A stretch of DNA of 64,000 nt, from the NCBI GenBank assembly GCA_003152105.1, contig PLZJ01000002.1, positions 405,682 through 469,681 on the forward strand, written 5' to 3'. The notes beneath the pieces are model-generated. The model did no database searches, had not been told where the DNA came from, and saw only the letters and a list, made by a program, of their open reading frames with translations. Position 1 is the stretch's first letter. Every line of letters starts with the position of its first letter. Both the position numbers and the translations under genes were made by a program. Positions 28,579 through 38,477 of this stretch are shown here, piece by piece. This DNA comes from Candidatus Levyibacteriota bacterium (lineage in GTDB: Bacteria; Patescibacteriota; Microgenomatia; Levybacterales; UBA12049).

Positions 28579-30237
28579 AAACTTTTGAACATACTTTCTA
28601 AGTCGCCTATCACCAAAAAAACTACAAGCGGAGAAATCGTAAAATTATTACTTAAAAATAGAAATATTACATCTGAGGCTGAGATTGCATCATTTTTACA
28701 TCCAAAACTTGAAAATTTAACCTCATCAAATGTGGGCATTGATAAAAAACAACTGGCAAAAGCCGTAAAAAGAATTAATTTTGCGCTGTCACAAAAAGAA
28801 AATATTGTTGTTTATGGTGATTATGATGTAGATGGGATTACAGGAACTGCAATACTTTGGGAAACCTTATATCGAAAAAGCAAAAATGTTACTCCGTATA
28901 TTCCTCATAGAATTGATGAGGGCTATGGATTGTCTATTAAAGGAATTGACAATTTGCTTTCTGAAAATAAAGAAACAAAACTAATTATTACGGTAGACAA
29001 TGGAATTGTGGCGCAAGATGCAGTTGAATACGCAAACAAAAAAGGAATTGATGTGATAATTACTGATCATCATGTACCAGATACAAATGCATTTATGCTT
29101 CCCAAAGCTCATGCGATAGTTCATACAACAATGATTTGTGGTGCGGGTGTTGCCTATTTATTATCAAAAGAATTTAATGACAACGAAAATCTAAAAGAAC
29201 ATTTAGAATTGGCTGCGCTTGGTACCATCGCAGATCTGGTTCCTTTACAAGGTGCAAATAGGATAATTGTAAAACTAGGATTAAAAGAACTTCAGCACAC
29301 GTCTCGACTTGGCCTACTTGCTTTGTTTAAGGAAGCAGGAATTAAAACAGAATCGATCGGTGTTTATGAAGTAGGACATATGATTGCTCCGAGATTAAAT
29401 GCAATGGGTAGACTTGAAAATGCTATGGATAGTCTGCGTTTACTTTGTACAAACGATCAAAATCGAGCAAACACACTTGCTCAAACCGTTAGTCAGATTA
29501 ATAAAGAAAGACAAGATCTCACAAAAAGTGCTATTGCTCATGCAAAAGCAAAAGTGAGCAATCTGCATATTAGTAAAAAAATACTTATTATTTCCGATCA
29601 AAGTTATCAACAAGGAATAATAGGTCTTGTAGCAGGAAGACTCGTCGAGGAATTTTATCTTCCATCAATAGTTATAGCAATTGGAGAGAAGGAAAGTAAG
29701 GCATCAGCAAGATCAGTAAAAGGATTTGATATTGTTTCGTTTATACGGACTGCGAAAGAATATCTCATTGATGTTGGAGGTCATCCAATGGCAGCGGGAT
29801 TTACCGTTGAGACTGCAAAAATAGGAGATCTTAGTGCATTTCTAGAAAAAAACGCCATTGAAGCCATAACAACTGCTCATACGATCCGTTCATTAACAGT
29901 AGATGCAGAAATACCTTTTTCATTACTTACCAAACAACTTTTTGATGCATTACAACAATTGTCTCCGTTTGGTATGGGTAATCCAGAACCAGTATTTGTT
30001 AGTTATGCTGCTACGGTAGTAGATGTTAAATATGTAGGAACAGAAAGGCAACATATTAAACTACAACTTAAGTCAAATGATTCCGAAGTTATTGAAGCAA
30101 TTGGATTTGGTATGACTGAACTGGCTTCAGATCTTCAAAGAGGCGATTCTGTTTCAATCGTGTTTACGCTTTCTGAAAATACGTGGAATTCTAAAATTTC
30201 TCTTCAACTAAAATTAAAAGACATACAGCTAACTTGA
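28567..30237 (+). CDS. recJ: single-stranded-DNA-specific exonuclease RecJ
   Basis: DHH motifs (VYGDYDVDGITG, ITDHH), DHHA1 region; 556 aa. Confidence 0.8.
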   Translation: MQTQKLLNILSKSPITKKTTSGEIVKLLLKNRNITSEAEIASFLHPKLENLTSSNVGIDKKQLAKAVKRINFALSQKENIVVYGDYDVDGITGTAILWETLYRKSKNVTPYIPHRIDEGYGLSIKGIDNLLSENKETKLIITVDNGIVAQDAVEYANKKGIDVIITDHHVPDTNAFMLPKAHAIVHTTMICGAGVAYLLSKEFNDNENLKEHLELAALGTIADLVPLQGANRIIVKLGLKELQHTSRLGLLALFKEAGIKTESIGVYEVGHMIAPRLNAMGRLENAMDSLRLLCTNDQNRANTLAQTVSQINKERQDLTKSAIAHAKAKVSNLHISKKILIISDQSYQQGIIGLVAGRLVEEFYLPSIVIAIGEKESKASARSVKGFDIVSFIRTAKEYLIDVGGHPMAAGFTVETAKIGDLSAFLEKNAIEAITTAHTIRSLTVDAEIPFSLLTKQLFDALQQLSPFGMGNPEPVFVSYAATVVDVKYVGTERQHIKLQLKSNDSEVIEAIGFGMTELASDLQRGDSVSIVFTLSENTWNSKISLQLKLKDIQLT

Positions 30238-30321
30238 TCAAAAACTTTTATTGATTGCGAACATATAATTAATTGCTGTAAAATTTACTTTGAAAAAGTA
30301 TATAATTTTGTGGCGTTATAC

Positions 30322-30350
30322 TTGTCAAGAAGCCTCAGAACGTGTATGAT
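30322..30350 (+). promoter_or_regulatory. sigma70-like promoter candidate (TTGTCA-17-TATGAT) upstream of aspS
   Basis: hexamers read directly at 30322-30327 and 30345-30350. Confidence 0.35.
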
Positions 30351-30367
30351 TAGGATCAGATTATACT

Positions 30368-31732
30368 ATGAAAAATAAACGAATATTATCCGATGACACG
30401 CCAAATCATGTTGGGTCTGAAGTTCTAATAAGTGGATGGGTAAGGGCAAGAAGAGATCATGGAAAACTTATTTTTCTAGATGTACGAGATAGAACAGGGT
30501 TATTGCAGGTTGTCGTAAATCCTGCCGTATCAGAAAAATCGCATTCTACTGCTTCAACACTAAGAAGTGAAGATGTTATTTCTGTAATTGGAAACATTAA
30601 TAAGCGACCAGACAAGCTAATAAACACTAAAATGAAAAGTGGAAGTGTTGAACTTGAAGCAACAGAAATTATTGTAGAACAAAAAGCAGAAACCTTGCCT
30701 TTTGATATGGGCGTTGAATCACTTCATTTAGAGTTGCCAACACTTCTTGATTATCGTTCGCTAACCATACGTCATCCTAAAATCGCAGCGATTTTTACCT
30801 TACAAGCAGAAATTGTAGACGCATTTAGGAAAATTGCTGAGGAACTTGGTAGTACGGAAGTATTTGTTCCAACTATCGTAGCTTCTTCAACTGAGGGAGG
30901 CGCTGATGTATTTTCTATAGATTATTATTCTCATAAAGCGTATCTTGCACAAAGCCCGCAACTATATAAACAAATGCTTGTTCCAATGTTTGAACGTGTA
31001 CATACCATTGCACATGCATATCGCGCAGAACCATCTGTAACAACAAGACATCTTTCAGAAGTTACCCAAATTGATATGGAGCTTGGGTTTATGGAATTTG
31101 ATGAGTTATTAGATACATTAGAACACGTTGGTACTAAAATGTTACAGATTGCCTCTGAAAAACATAAGGATATATTGGAAATGTATGGAGTTTCGGCACC
31201 ATTAATTCCAGCGCATATACCTCGCTTAACGCTAAAAGAAACACAAGATATTATCACAAAAAGAACAGGTCGAGATCTTTCCAAAGAACAAGATTTAAAC
31301 CCAGAAGATGAGATTGAAATATGTAAATGGGCAAAAGAAGAACATGCGTCAGATTTTGTAACAATCACTCATTTTCCATTAAAAAAGAAGCCATTTTATA
31401 CACACGTTGATCCAAAAAATAAAGAGCTTTCCCTCTCATATGATCTACTTTTTAGAGGCCGAGAAGTACTATCAGGATCTCAAAGGGTAAATGATTATAA
31501 AGAGCTTGTAAATGCAATCAAAAGTAGAGGAATGAATGTTTCAAATTTCGGAATGTATTTGCAAGCATTTCAATATGGAATGCCAAAAGAAGGTGGATTT
31601 TCTTTTGGTCTCGAGCGTTTGACTATGCAACTGCTAGAACTAGGAAATATTCGAGAAGCTGCAGTATATCCTCGAGATATGGAACGAGTTGATGAACGAT
31701 TCTCTAAAAAAGAAATCAAAAAAAAGTCGTAA
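30368..31732 (+). CDS. aspS: aspartate--tRNA ligase, class IIb archaeal/eukaryotic-like type (probably non-discriminating)
   Basis: OB-fold N-terminus (FLDVRDRTGLLQVV), class II motifs, C-terminal GGFSFGLERL; 454 aa. Confidence 0.8.
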   Translation: MKNKRILSDDTPNHVGSEVLISGWVRARRDHGKLIFLDVRDRTGLLQVVVNPAVSEKSHSTASTLRSEDVISVIGNINKRPDKLINTKMKSGSVELEATEIIVEQKAETLPFDMGVESLHLELPTLLDYRSLTIRHPKIAAIFTLQAEIVDAFRKIAEELGSTEVFVPTIVASSTEGGADVFSIDYYSHKAYLAQSPQLYKQMLVPMFERVHTIAHAYRAEPSVTTRHLSEVTQIDMELGFMEFDELLDTLEHVGTKMLQIASEKHKDILEMYGVSAPLIPAHIPRLTLKETQDIITKRTGRDLSKEQDLNPEDEIEICKWAKEEHASDFVTITHFPLKKKPFYTHVDPKNKELSLSYDLLFRGREVLSGSQRVNDYKELVNAIKSRGMNVSNFGMYLQAFQYGMPKEGGFSFGLERLTMQLLELGNIREAAVYPRDMERVDERFSKKEIKKKS

Positions 31733-32645
31733 AAAAATTGCTTATACGGTCTTTTTTATTCTTCTTTTTGGTAATTTAGTATTACTACTTTTTCTTCTTA
31801 TCTTAACTGATAGCGTTGTAACAAAGCATAAACCAGCTATTGCTCTTAAAACTCTTCCTCAAATTTTTCCTTCGCCCGCAGCATACCCTATGTATAAAAA
31901 AATAGCAGTACCTGATATTTCTGCAGAATCTGCAATTGTAGTAGATTCAGATGCCAATATTATTATGTATTATAAAAATGACAACCAGGTTCTTCCGATG
32001 GCTTCTTCTACAAAAATTATGACAGCAATGGTTGCTCTTTCTTACTATAAAAAAAATTCTATTTTAACAGATGAGACATTTCCTGTTGATGGATCAATTG
32101 CAGGCTTAACCCTTGGAGAAAGAATGACGTTTGAGCAAGCGTTGTATGGCTTATTGTTGCCATCTGGAAATGATGTAGCAGTAATGTTAGCGCAAAATTA
32201 TCCAGGTGGTATGAGTGCATTTATTCAACAAATGAATGCCACGGCAAAAAGCTTGCATATGAACAATACTTATTATGAGGATGTGGATGGTCTATCAACA
32301 AACAATGTTACTAGCGCCTTTGACTTATCTATACTTGCAGGTAAAGCGATGGAAGTTCCATTTTTTAAACAGGTGGTTGGGACAAAGTATAAAAAAATAA
32401 GTAATATTACCGGAAACGAAACTCATTCATTAACAAACTTAAATAAGTTATTAGGAAGCCAAGGAGTAAATGGTATCAAGACTGGATTTACTGATGAGGC
32501 AGAAGGTGTATTAGTTACTTCAAAAGTTGAGCGAGGACACACTTTTATAATAGTGGTTTTAAGAAGTCAGGATAGATTTTTGGATACAGAAAAGCTACTT
32601 CAAATGATAAATAATAACGTCACATTTGTGTCGCTTCGTCCGTAA
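31689..32645 (+). CDS. D-alanyl-D-alanine carboxypeptidase (S11, PBP5-like)
   Basis: signal anchor then active-site SSTK (LPMASSTKIMTAMVAL), SGN and KTG motifs; overlaps aspS 3' end by 44 nt. Confidence 0.75.
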   Translation: MMNDSLKKKSKKSRKKIAYTVFFILLFGNLVLLLFLLILTDSVVTKHKPAIALKTLPQIFPSPAAYPMYKKIAVPDISAESAIVVDSDANIIMYYKNDNQVLPMASSTKIMTAMVALSYYKKNSILTDETFPVDGSIAGLTLGERMTFEQALYGLLLPSGNDVAVMLAQNYPGGMSAFIQQMNATAKSLHMNNTYYEDVDGLSTNNVTSAFDLSILAGKAMEVPFFKQVVGTKYKKISNITGNETHSLTNLNKLLGSQGVNGIKTGFTDEAEGVLVTSKVERGHTFIIVVLRSQDRFLDTEKLLQMINNNVTFVSLRP

Positions 32646-33795
32646 TAGCTGATACAAAAGCTACAAAATTATCCTGTCCTAAGAAGACATATACGGGTAG
32701 TAGATATTGTTGTCCTTCTTTATCTACTGATAGATAAGCTAGTTTTACATCAGTGACGACAACCTGATTGTTTGAACCACTATACGAAACTATTGCTGTT
32801 TTGTGTGCTACAGCCTTTATTAGATCAGAATAAGCATCTTGCACAGAACGTAGAGGATATGTTGCCTGCATAGATGAATCAGAACATGATGTATTTGCTA
32901 TATTTACGGGAAAATACTCACTTTGAATGATATTTAACGTTGGCACATCAGCGTCATCAACTTGATTTTCAGCACCAATTATTGCATTAACCGTTGTATT
33001 TGGATAATTGGAATAATATATCGGGCAACTTTTAGATGATCCGTTTGCATCAATATAGCAATTTTGAATAGGATTCTGATTGTAATCAACTCTAATTATT
33101 TGAGGTGTAAACGCATCATTTGTTAATAGCGACAACGTATTATTTTGTAATTGATAATGGGTAATTACTGGATCGGCAACATCAATACTACTTGCAATAG
33201 TGTCATTTAAACCAGAAAGAACATTTGTATAGAACGCTTGGACAATTCCATTTGCATCTGAATCTGCTGGCAAATTGACACCAGAGGCAACAGTTTGATC
33301 TCCTAAAAACGTTGAGTTAAGAAAAAAGTTATGACTTAGCACATTAATTTGCAGTGTTTTTGTCAGCTGCGCATCTTTGGTCCATTCAAATGTATTATTT
33401 GAAATTTCAACTGGTGGAAGAGTAAATCCCATCGCAGTTGCGCTATTTGATGCGTTATCTAAAGCTAAAAGGTCTGGTTGTGGAGTTGCGATTCTTGGGA
33501 CAAAGATTTTAGTAGAGAAATATGGTAGATTTCCTGAAATTGTTTGCAAATGATATGTTAATTTGGCGTATGTTGCGTTTTGTGGTAACTGTGGAAGTGG
33601 TACTTTACCATAACACATTGTTGGTGGTGTTGGAGGAGTCTTGATCGTACTTATGTACGCTTTTATAATAAAGACAATCAGTATTAAAACAGCTACTCCT
33701 ATGCCTCCATATAAAAGTAATTTTTTTGTCTCTTCTGTTGCGTCATGAAGTGTGGGCATATATTGAGTATAAGTAATAGATAAGTTAAAATGCAA
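32620..33795 (-). CDS. membrane-anchored extracytoplasmic hypothetical protein
   Basis: N-terminal TM (LLLYGGIGVAVLILIVFII), 350-aa Asn/Thr-rich exported domain, no recognised motif. Confidence 0.5.
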   Translation of the reverse strand: MHFNLSITYTQYMPTLHDATEETKKLLLYGGIGVAVLILIVFIIKAYISTIKTPPTPPTMCYGKVPLPQLPQNATYAKLTYHLQTISGNLPYFSTKIFVPRIATPQPDLLALDNASNSATAMGFTLPPVEISNNTFEWTKDAQLTKTLQINVLSHNFFLNSTFLGDQTVASGVNLPADSDANGIVQAFYTNVLSGLNDTIASSIDVADPVITHYQLQNNTLSLLTNDAFTPQIIRVDYNQNPIQNCYIDANGSSKSCPIYYSNYPNTTVNAIIGAENQVDDADVPTLNIIQSEYFPVNIANTSCSDSSMQATYPLRSVQDAYSDLIKAVAHKTAIVSYSGSNNQVVVTDVKLAYLSVDKEGQQYLLPVYVFLGQDNFVAFVSAITDEATQM

Positions 33796-33802
33796 TGGAG
33801 GT

Positions 33803-35191
33803 ATGGTTAAAGAACAAAAAATTCGAACTCGTATTGCTCCAAGTCCAACAGGCTATCCACACATTGGCACACTGTATCAGGCACTTTTCAATTTTGCTCC
33901 AGCAAAAAAAGAAAATGGTGCATTTATCGTAAGGATTGAAGATACTGATCGAACACGATTTGTTGAAGGAGCAGAAGAAGTTATTTATTCTATTTTAGAT
34001 TGGAGTGGACTTACTGAAAATGAAAGTCCAAGAAAACTTGGAGCATTTGGTCCTTATAGGCAGTCTGAAAGATTGATGTTGTATAGAAAATATGTTACAG
34101 AACTTCTAGATAAAGGTCATGCGTATTATTCATATTATCCAAAAGCAAACGCAGGTATTAAGAAAGACTATGCAAAAAAAGTTGACACTAGTCAAGAAGT
34201 TGTAACAAATCAAAAACCGCCAATTTCTATTGAAGAAATGATTGAAAGTGGTGAGTGGATTATTCGCATGAAAGTGCCAAAAAATACACAAATAACGTTT
34301 AAAGATGAAATTAGAGGAGATATAACCTTTGCTTCTGAACAAGTTACAGATCAGGTACTGCTTAAGTCTGACGGTTTTCCAACATATCACTTAGCAGTTG
34401 TTGTTGATGATCATCTAATGGGTATAACACATGTAATTCGCGGAGAAGAATGGATTAGTTCAACACCAAAACACATATTGCTGTATAAGTATTTTGAATG
34501 GGATATTCCACTTTTTTATCATACGCCAGATCTTCGAAATAAAGATAAGTCAAAGCTCAGCAAAAGACATGGGCATACCAATGTTAATTGGTACCGGGAA
34601 GAAGGATATGTTCCTGAAGCAATACTAAACTATCTTGCGCTTCTTGGTTGGTCACACCCAAATGAAAAAGAGATATTTGATATAAATGATTTTATTGAGC
34701 ACTTTGATCTAGGGAATATCCGAGCAGTAGGACCTATGTTTGATCTTGTAAAACTAACATGGATGAATCAACAATATTTACAAAATTTTTCCTTGCCAGA
34801 ACTTAAAAAAAGAATTATTTCTTTTTACCCCAAAGCAAAGGAGCTAAAAAACTTAGAAAAACTAATCGAGCTTTCTCAAACTCGCATGGAAACGTTAAAG
34901 GATTTCGAGAAATTGACGAGCCATTTTGTAAAAACGCCAGAAGTTTCGGTTACTGAAAAAGAAAAATTAATTGCAAAAGATTTGGTTGTAAAATTAAATA
35001 GTATTGAAAATTGGGATAGTACGGTTATATTTACTGCAATGAAGGAAGTAATGACTACGCATGGGGTTAAAATGCCAATACTATACCAACTCTTAACCGG
35101 TAGTCCAAAAGGCTTGCCACTTCCCCAGTCTCTAGAGTTGCTTGGGAAAGATGAAAGTATAGCAAGGCTTGATGCCATCTCCACATCATGA
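33803..35191 (+). CDS. gltX: glutamate--tRNA ligase
   Basis: HIGH motif (PTGYPHIGT) and KMSKS-like (KLSKRHG); 462 aa. Confidence 0.85.
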   Translation: MVKEQKIRTRIAPSPTGYPHIGTLYQALFNFAPAKKENGAFIVRIEDTDRTRFVEGAEEVIYSILDWSGLTENESPRKLGAFGPYRQSERLMLYRKYVTELLDKGHAYYSYYPKANAGIKKDYAKKVDTSQEVVTNQKPPISIEEMIESGEWIIRMKVPKNTQITFKDEIRGDITFASEQVTDQVLLKSDGFPTYHLAVVVDDHLMGITHVIRGEEWISSTPKHILLYKYFEWDIPLFYHTPDLRNKDKSKLSKRHGHTNVNWYREEGYVPEAILNYLALLGWSHPNEKEIFDINDFIEHFDLGNIRAVGPMFDLVKLTWMNQQYLQNFSLPELKKRIISFYPKAKELKNLEKLIELSQTRMETLKDFEKLTSHFVKTPEVSVTEKEKLIAKDLVVKLNSIENWDSTVIFTAMKEVMTTHGVKMPILYQLLTGSPKGLPLPQSLELLGKDESIARLDAISTS

Positions 35192-35769
35192 AACTTTTGG
35201 CCAAAATTATCTCTTATATCCTCAATCCAATTCCTATTTTTACACTTCTTCCCTACATGTTAGTGTATAAAGCAAGCCGAAATAATATCCATGCGTTAAA
35301 GTGGGCTTTTTTTTCATCAGCATTTCTGCTTATGATTGGACTATTCATATTTTACGAAGTTAGAAAAGGTGTATTTTCTGATTTTGATATTTCAAAACAA
35401 AGCCAAAGAGGGCGACTATTTTTAGTATCAGCTGCAACCGTTTTACTATACTTATTGGCCATTGTGTTTCTAAAAGGACCAATGACCTTGTTTCTTGCGG
35501 TATTTGGAATAATGCTTGGCTTACTTCTTTTTAGTTTGGTAAATAGAAACATAAAAGTTAGCGCACATCTTGGTGTATTTACTGCATTTAGTATCACTAT
35601 AATTTGGCTCTATGGATTCGGATATATCTTTCTCTTATTTTTGATTCCAGTTCTCGCATGGTCACGAATAACACTTAGTCGTCATACACTTAGAGAAACA
35701 ATAGTAGGTACAATTTTAGGTGGAGGAATAGTTTCCTTAATTTACATAATTGCTGAGCTTGTTTACTAG
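35188..35769 (+). CDS. PAP2-like membrane phosphatase (candidate polyprenyl-diphosphate phosphatase)
   Basis: 6 TM helices; SAHLG and SRITLSRH...E resemble PAP2 motifs 2 and 3; overlaps gltX stop. Confidence 0.4.
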   Translation: MKLLAKIISYILNPIPIFTLLPYMLVYKASRNNIHALKWAFFSSAFLLMIGLFIFYEVRKGVFSDFDISKQSQRGRLFLVSAATVLLYLLAIVFLKGPMTLFLAVFGIMLGLLLFSLVNRNIKVSAHLGVFTAFSITIIWLYGFGYIFLLFLIPVLAWSRITLSRHTLRETIVGTILGGGIVSLIYIIAELVY

Positions 35770-35810
35770 AAATATTTGTCTTAACCATGTGAGTATGTTT
35801 TAATTAGATA

Positions 35811-36179
35811 ATGATTAAACACAAAACGTTAATGTTTTCATTTAAATATGCATGCCAAGGGATTATTTATGCATTTCGGAATAATCAAAATCTTCAAATA
35901 CATTCGCTTGCTGGAATTGTAGTAGTACTAATGAGTATTTTGTTTCACGTATCGCCTTTTGAAATGGGAATTTTGGGGGTCATGATTTTACTTGTGATTT
36001 CAACCGAAATGATAAATACAGCAATTGAGCAAATGGTGGACTTAATAACTCAGGAACATAGACAAGAAGCAAAAATTGCAAAAGATGTTGCAGCAGGAAT
36101 GGTTTTACTTACTGCAATTGGATCTGTCATTGTCGGTGTTCTTATATTTCTTCCCCATATAATAGAGCTATTTAGATAG
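35811..36179 (+). CDS. dgkA: diacylglycerol kinase family protein (undecaprenol kinase, DgkA)
   Basis: 122 aa, three TM helices, conserved STEMINTAIE motif of prokaryotic DgkA. Confidence 0.75.
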   Translation: MIKHKTLMFSFKYACQGIIYAFRNNQNLQIHSLAGIVVVLMSILFHVSPFEMGILGVMILLVISTEMINTAIEQMVDLITQEHRQEAKIAKDVAAGMVLLTAIGSVIVGVLIFLPHIIELFR

Positions 36180-36216
36180 CTTTTTCAGCCTTATTTTAGT
36201 AGAATAGATTCAATAA

Positions 36217-36287
36217 TGTCGGGTCGTCTAACGGTAGGACAACGGACTCTGAATCCGTTTATTATGGTCCGAATCCATACCCGACAG
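36217..36287 (+). tRNA. tRNA-Gln (anticodon CTG)
   Basis: Manual cloverleaf: acceptor TGTCGGG/CCCGACA (U1:A72), U8, D-stem GTCT/GGAC with GG in loop, anticodon stem ACGGA/TCCGT, loop CTCTGAA (U33, CUG, A37), T-stem TATGG/CCATA with loop TCCGAAT, discriminator G73, CCA not encoded. Confidence 0.6.
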
Positions 36288-36304
36288 CATATAGACCTAT
36301 AATA

Positions 36305-36333
36305 TTGACATATAGCTTCTTTTTTGGTACACT
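36305..36333 (+). promoter_or_regulatory. sigma70-like promoter candidate (TTGACA-17-TACACT)
   Basis: read directly; 15 nt upstream of GTG start of SH3b protein gene. Confidence 0.3.
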
Positions 36334-36348
36334 TCCAAGGCTAAAAAA

Positions 36349-38043
36349 GTGCAAGAAACAGTCAGTAACTTAGATACTTCGGGTGCAGGATTAACAGATT
36401 TACTAAATAAATGGGGTTCATATTCTGCAACTGATATTTATAATCAAATTAGTAGTATTTCCAATAATATATCGGATAATAATTCAATTCCTGACGTATC
36501 ACAAATATTAAATCTAACAGAAACAAATGCCACAGATTTACAAAGCTTAAAAAATAGTGCACTTGCCTTGCAAGCATTAACACTTGCAAATAAGTCGCTC
36601 CTTGAAAGCGGAACTGCAAAACCAATTATTCAAACATGGTTAGAGCAGGGTAGCATAATTTTTAAAACATTAATTACAAATCCTTCCACGATTACACAAA
36701 CTGTACCGTTTAAATTTTATCTTCCCAAAGAAGCAACTGAAAGCAATATTATCAAAATAGATAATGGGTTAAATGTGGGATACGATCCAACACAAGATGC
36801 GTATTATGTTCAAGGAAGTGTAGTTTTAAATCCAAATCAATCACACATTTATTCTGTTGAAGTGACGGATATTTGGAAAATACCTTCACAGCAAATTGAA
36901 TCATTACGAAATCAAGCGAATCAATTATTTGCTCCGCTTAAATCTACATCATTTTATGCTCAAGGCGCAACACTTTATTCAGATATCATCGCTTCTCTTG
37001 ATACAGCTACAAATCTTCAAGCACAGGCACAAACCCCAGATGAAAGAATTAAAGCTTATCGTGATGCTTTGGTGTATGTAAATAAATCAAAAAGTGAAAT
37101 AACTGATTTAAAAAATCTTGATTCTTCATCAAGTTCAAATTCGAATTTATTAGGATTTGTAGGTGGAGTTCAAGTTACTGCAGTATGGGGCTTAATCATC
37201 GTTCTTACAGCAGGGTTTATATTCCTTGCTGTTTATATGAGGATTTTAATTACGCAAACTCGAAAAAAAGACATTGATGAAAAGAAAAAAGAGTACCAAG
37301 ACATAGGATTATTGACAAAAATCAGTAAAACATTTACAAATCTGAAATCAAGATTTTCAAAGAAAACATTTGTACTGTTTGGAATAATAACCTGTTTTCT
37401 AATTGCATTATTATTGGCGTGTTTAATTTTATATCCACAATTACATTCTAAAAAGATATTAGTAAGCTCAAAAACTACTATTCCGACAAAAAACAAAATA
37501 AATCCAGTCCCTAAAATAACAAGCTTAAAGCCCGTTAATGAGCTTATAGTTCAAAATAAAACTGCTGACTACGTAAATGTAAGGCAAGGGCCTGGTAAAA
37601 ATTTTCCTATTATCAATACTGCAAAAGTAGGATTACGACTTACGCAAGTAGGTAGTAAAACTGATTTATCAGGTGATCAATGGATTGAAATTAATAGTAA
37701 TGGTCATACCGGCTGGATTCTAGGAAGCTATTTGACCAATGTAACTGATACTAGTTCATTAAATAACAACCAAGAAATAAGTATTAAAACTGAAACTCAA
37801 GTACTTGGGGTTTCAGCTAAGAGCAGTAATCAGGTAATGATTAATGTAGAAAATACTACTGGCGTTAATTTACGAGTAGGTCCTTCAACGCACACGGCAA
37901 TAATAACAAAGATTCTTAAAAATACAATTGTTTACAAAATAAACTCAGTAAGTGGTTGGTCTGAGGTTGAGCTAAATTCAACAACCAACGGAAGTCAAAA
38001 TATTAAGGGGTGGATTTATAATAAATACATTACTAGCTTGTAA
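36349..38043 (+). CDS. membrane-spanning protein with two C-terminal bacterial SH3 (SH3b) domains
   Basis: GTG start; central TM helix; two repeats with SH3b signature (VNVRQGPGKNFPII...GWILGSYL and VNLRVGPSTHTAII...GWIYNKYI). Confidence 0.6.
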   Translation: MQETVSNLDTSGAGLTDLLNKWGSYSATDIYNQISSISNNISDNNSIPDVSQILNLTETNATDLQSLKNSALALQALTLANKSLLESGTAKPIIQTWLEQGSIIFKTLITNPSTITQTVPFKFYLPKEATESNIIKIDNGLNVGYDPTQDAYYVQGSVVLNPNQSHIYSVEVTDIWKIPSQQIESLRNQANQLFAPLKSTSFYAQGATLYSDIIASLDTATNLQAQAQTPDERIKAYRDALVYVNKSKSEITDLKNLDSSSSSNSNLLGFVGGVQVTAVWGLIIVLTAGFIFLAVYMRILITQTRKKDIDEKKKEYQDIGLLTKISKTFTNLKSRFSKKTFVLFGIITCFLIALLLACLILYPQLHSKKILVSSKTTIPTKNKINPVPKITSLKPVNELIVQNKTADYVNVRQGPGKNFPIINTAKVGLRLTQVGSKTDLSGDQWIEINSNGHTGWILGSYLTNVTDTSSLNNNQEISIKTETQVLGVSAKSSNQVMINVENTTGVNLRVGPSTHTAIITKILKNTIVYKINSVSGWSEVELNSTTNGSQNIKGWIYNKYITSL

Positions 38044-38045
38044 AA

Positions 38046-38447
38046 ATGACCACAATACTCATATTGCTAGTATTCTCATTAGCAGCTCCATTGCCTCTTT
38101 TGGTTATTGAGCATTTTTTGCCGTACCCATTTGTTATTGAAGAGTTATTAAAAGTTATATTAATTTATATACTTATCAATCAAGAAAAAAAACTTAAGAA
38201 AAACTTATTTTTATATGTAATCATTTCAGGCTTATTTTTTTCAATATCTGAAAGTATATTTTACTTAATCAATATATTTGCCATTCAAAATTATTTTATT
38301 TTTTTCCAGAGACTCTTATTTACAAGCATATTGCATATCTGCACATTGATAATTATTTATATTTTTTTCAAATGTAATAAATATTGGTGGATATTTGGAT
38401 TTTCATTAGCCATCTTCATTCATTTTTTATATAATTATTTAATATAA
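38046..38447 (+). CDS. small integral membrane protein
   Basis: 133 aa, 4 hydrophobic helices, very AT-rich. Confidence 0.4.
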   Translation: MTTILILLVFSLAAPLPLLVIEHFLPYPFVIEELLKVILIYILINQEKKLKKNLFLYVIISGLFFSISESIFYLINIFAIQNYFIFFQRLLFTSILHICTLIIIYIFFKCNKYWWIFGFSLAIFIHFLYNYLI

Positions 38448-38477
38448 AGTAAGTATTTACATACCTCTGTCATACAA

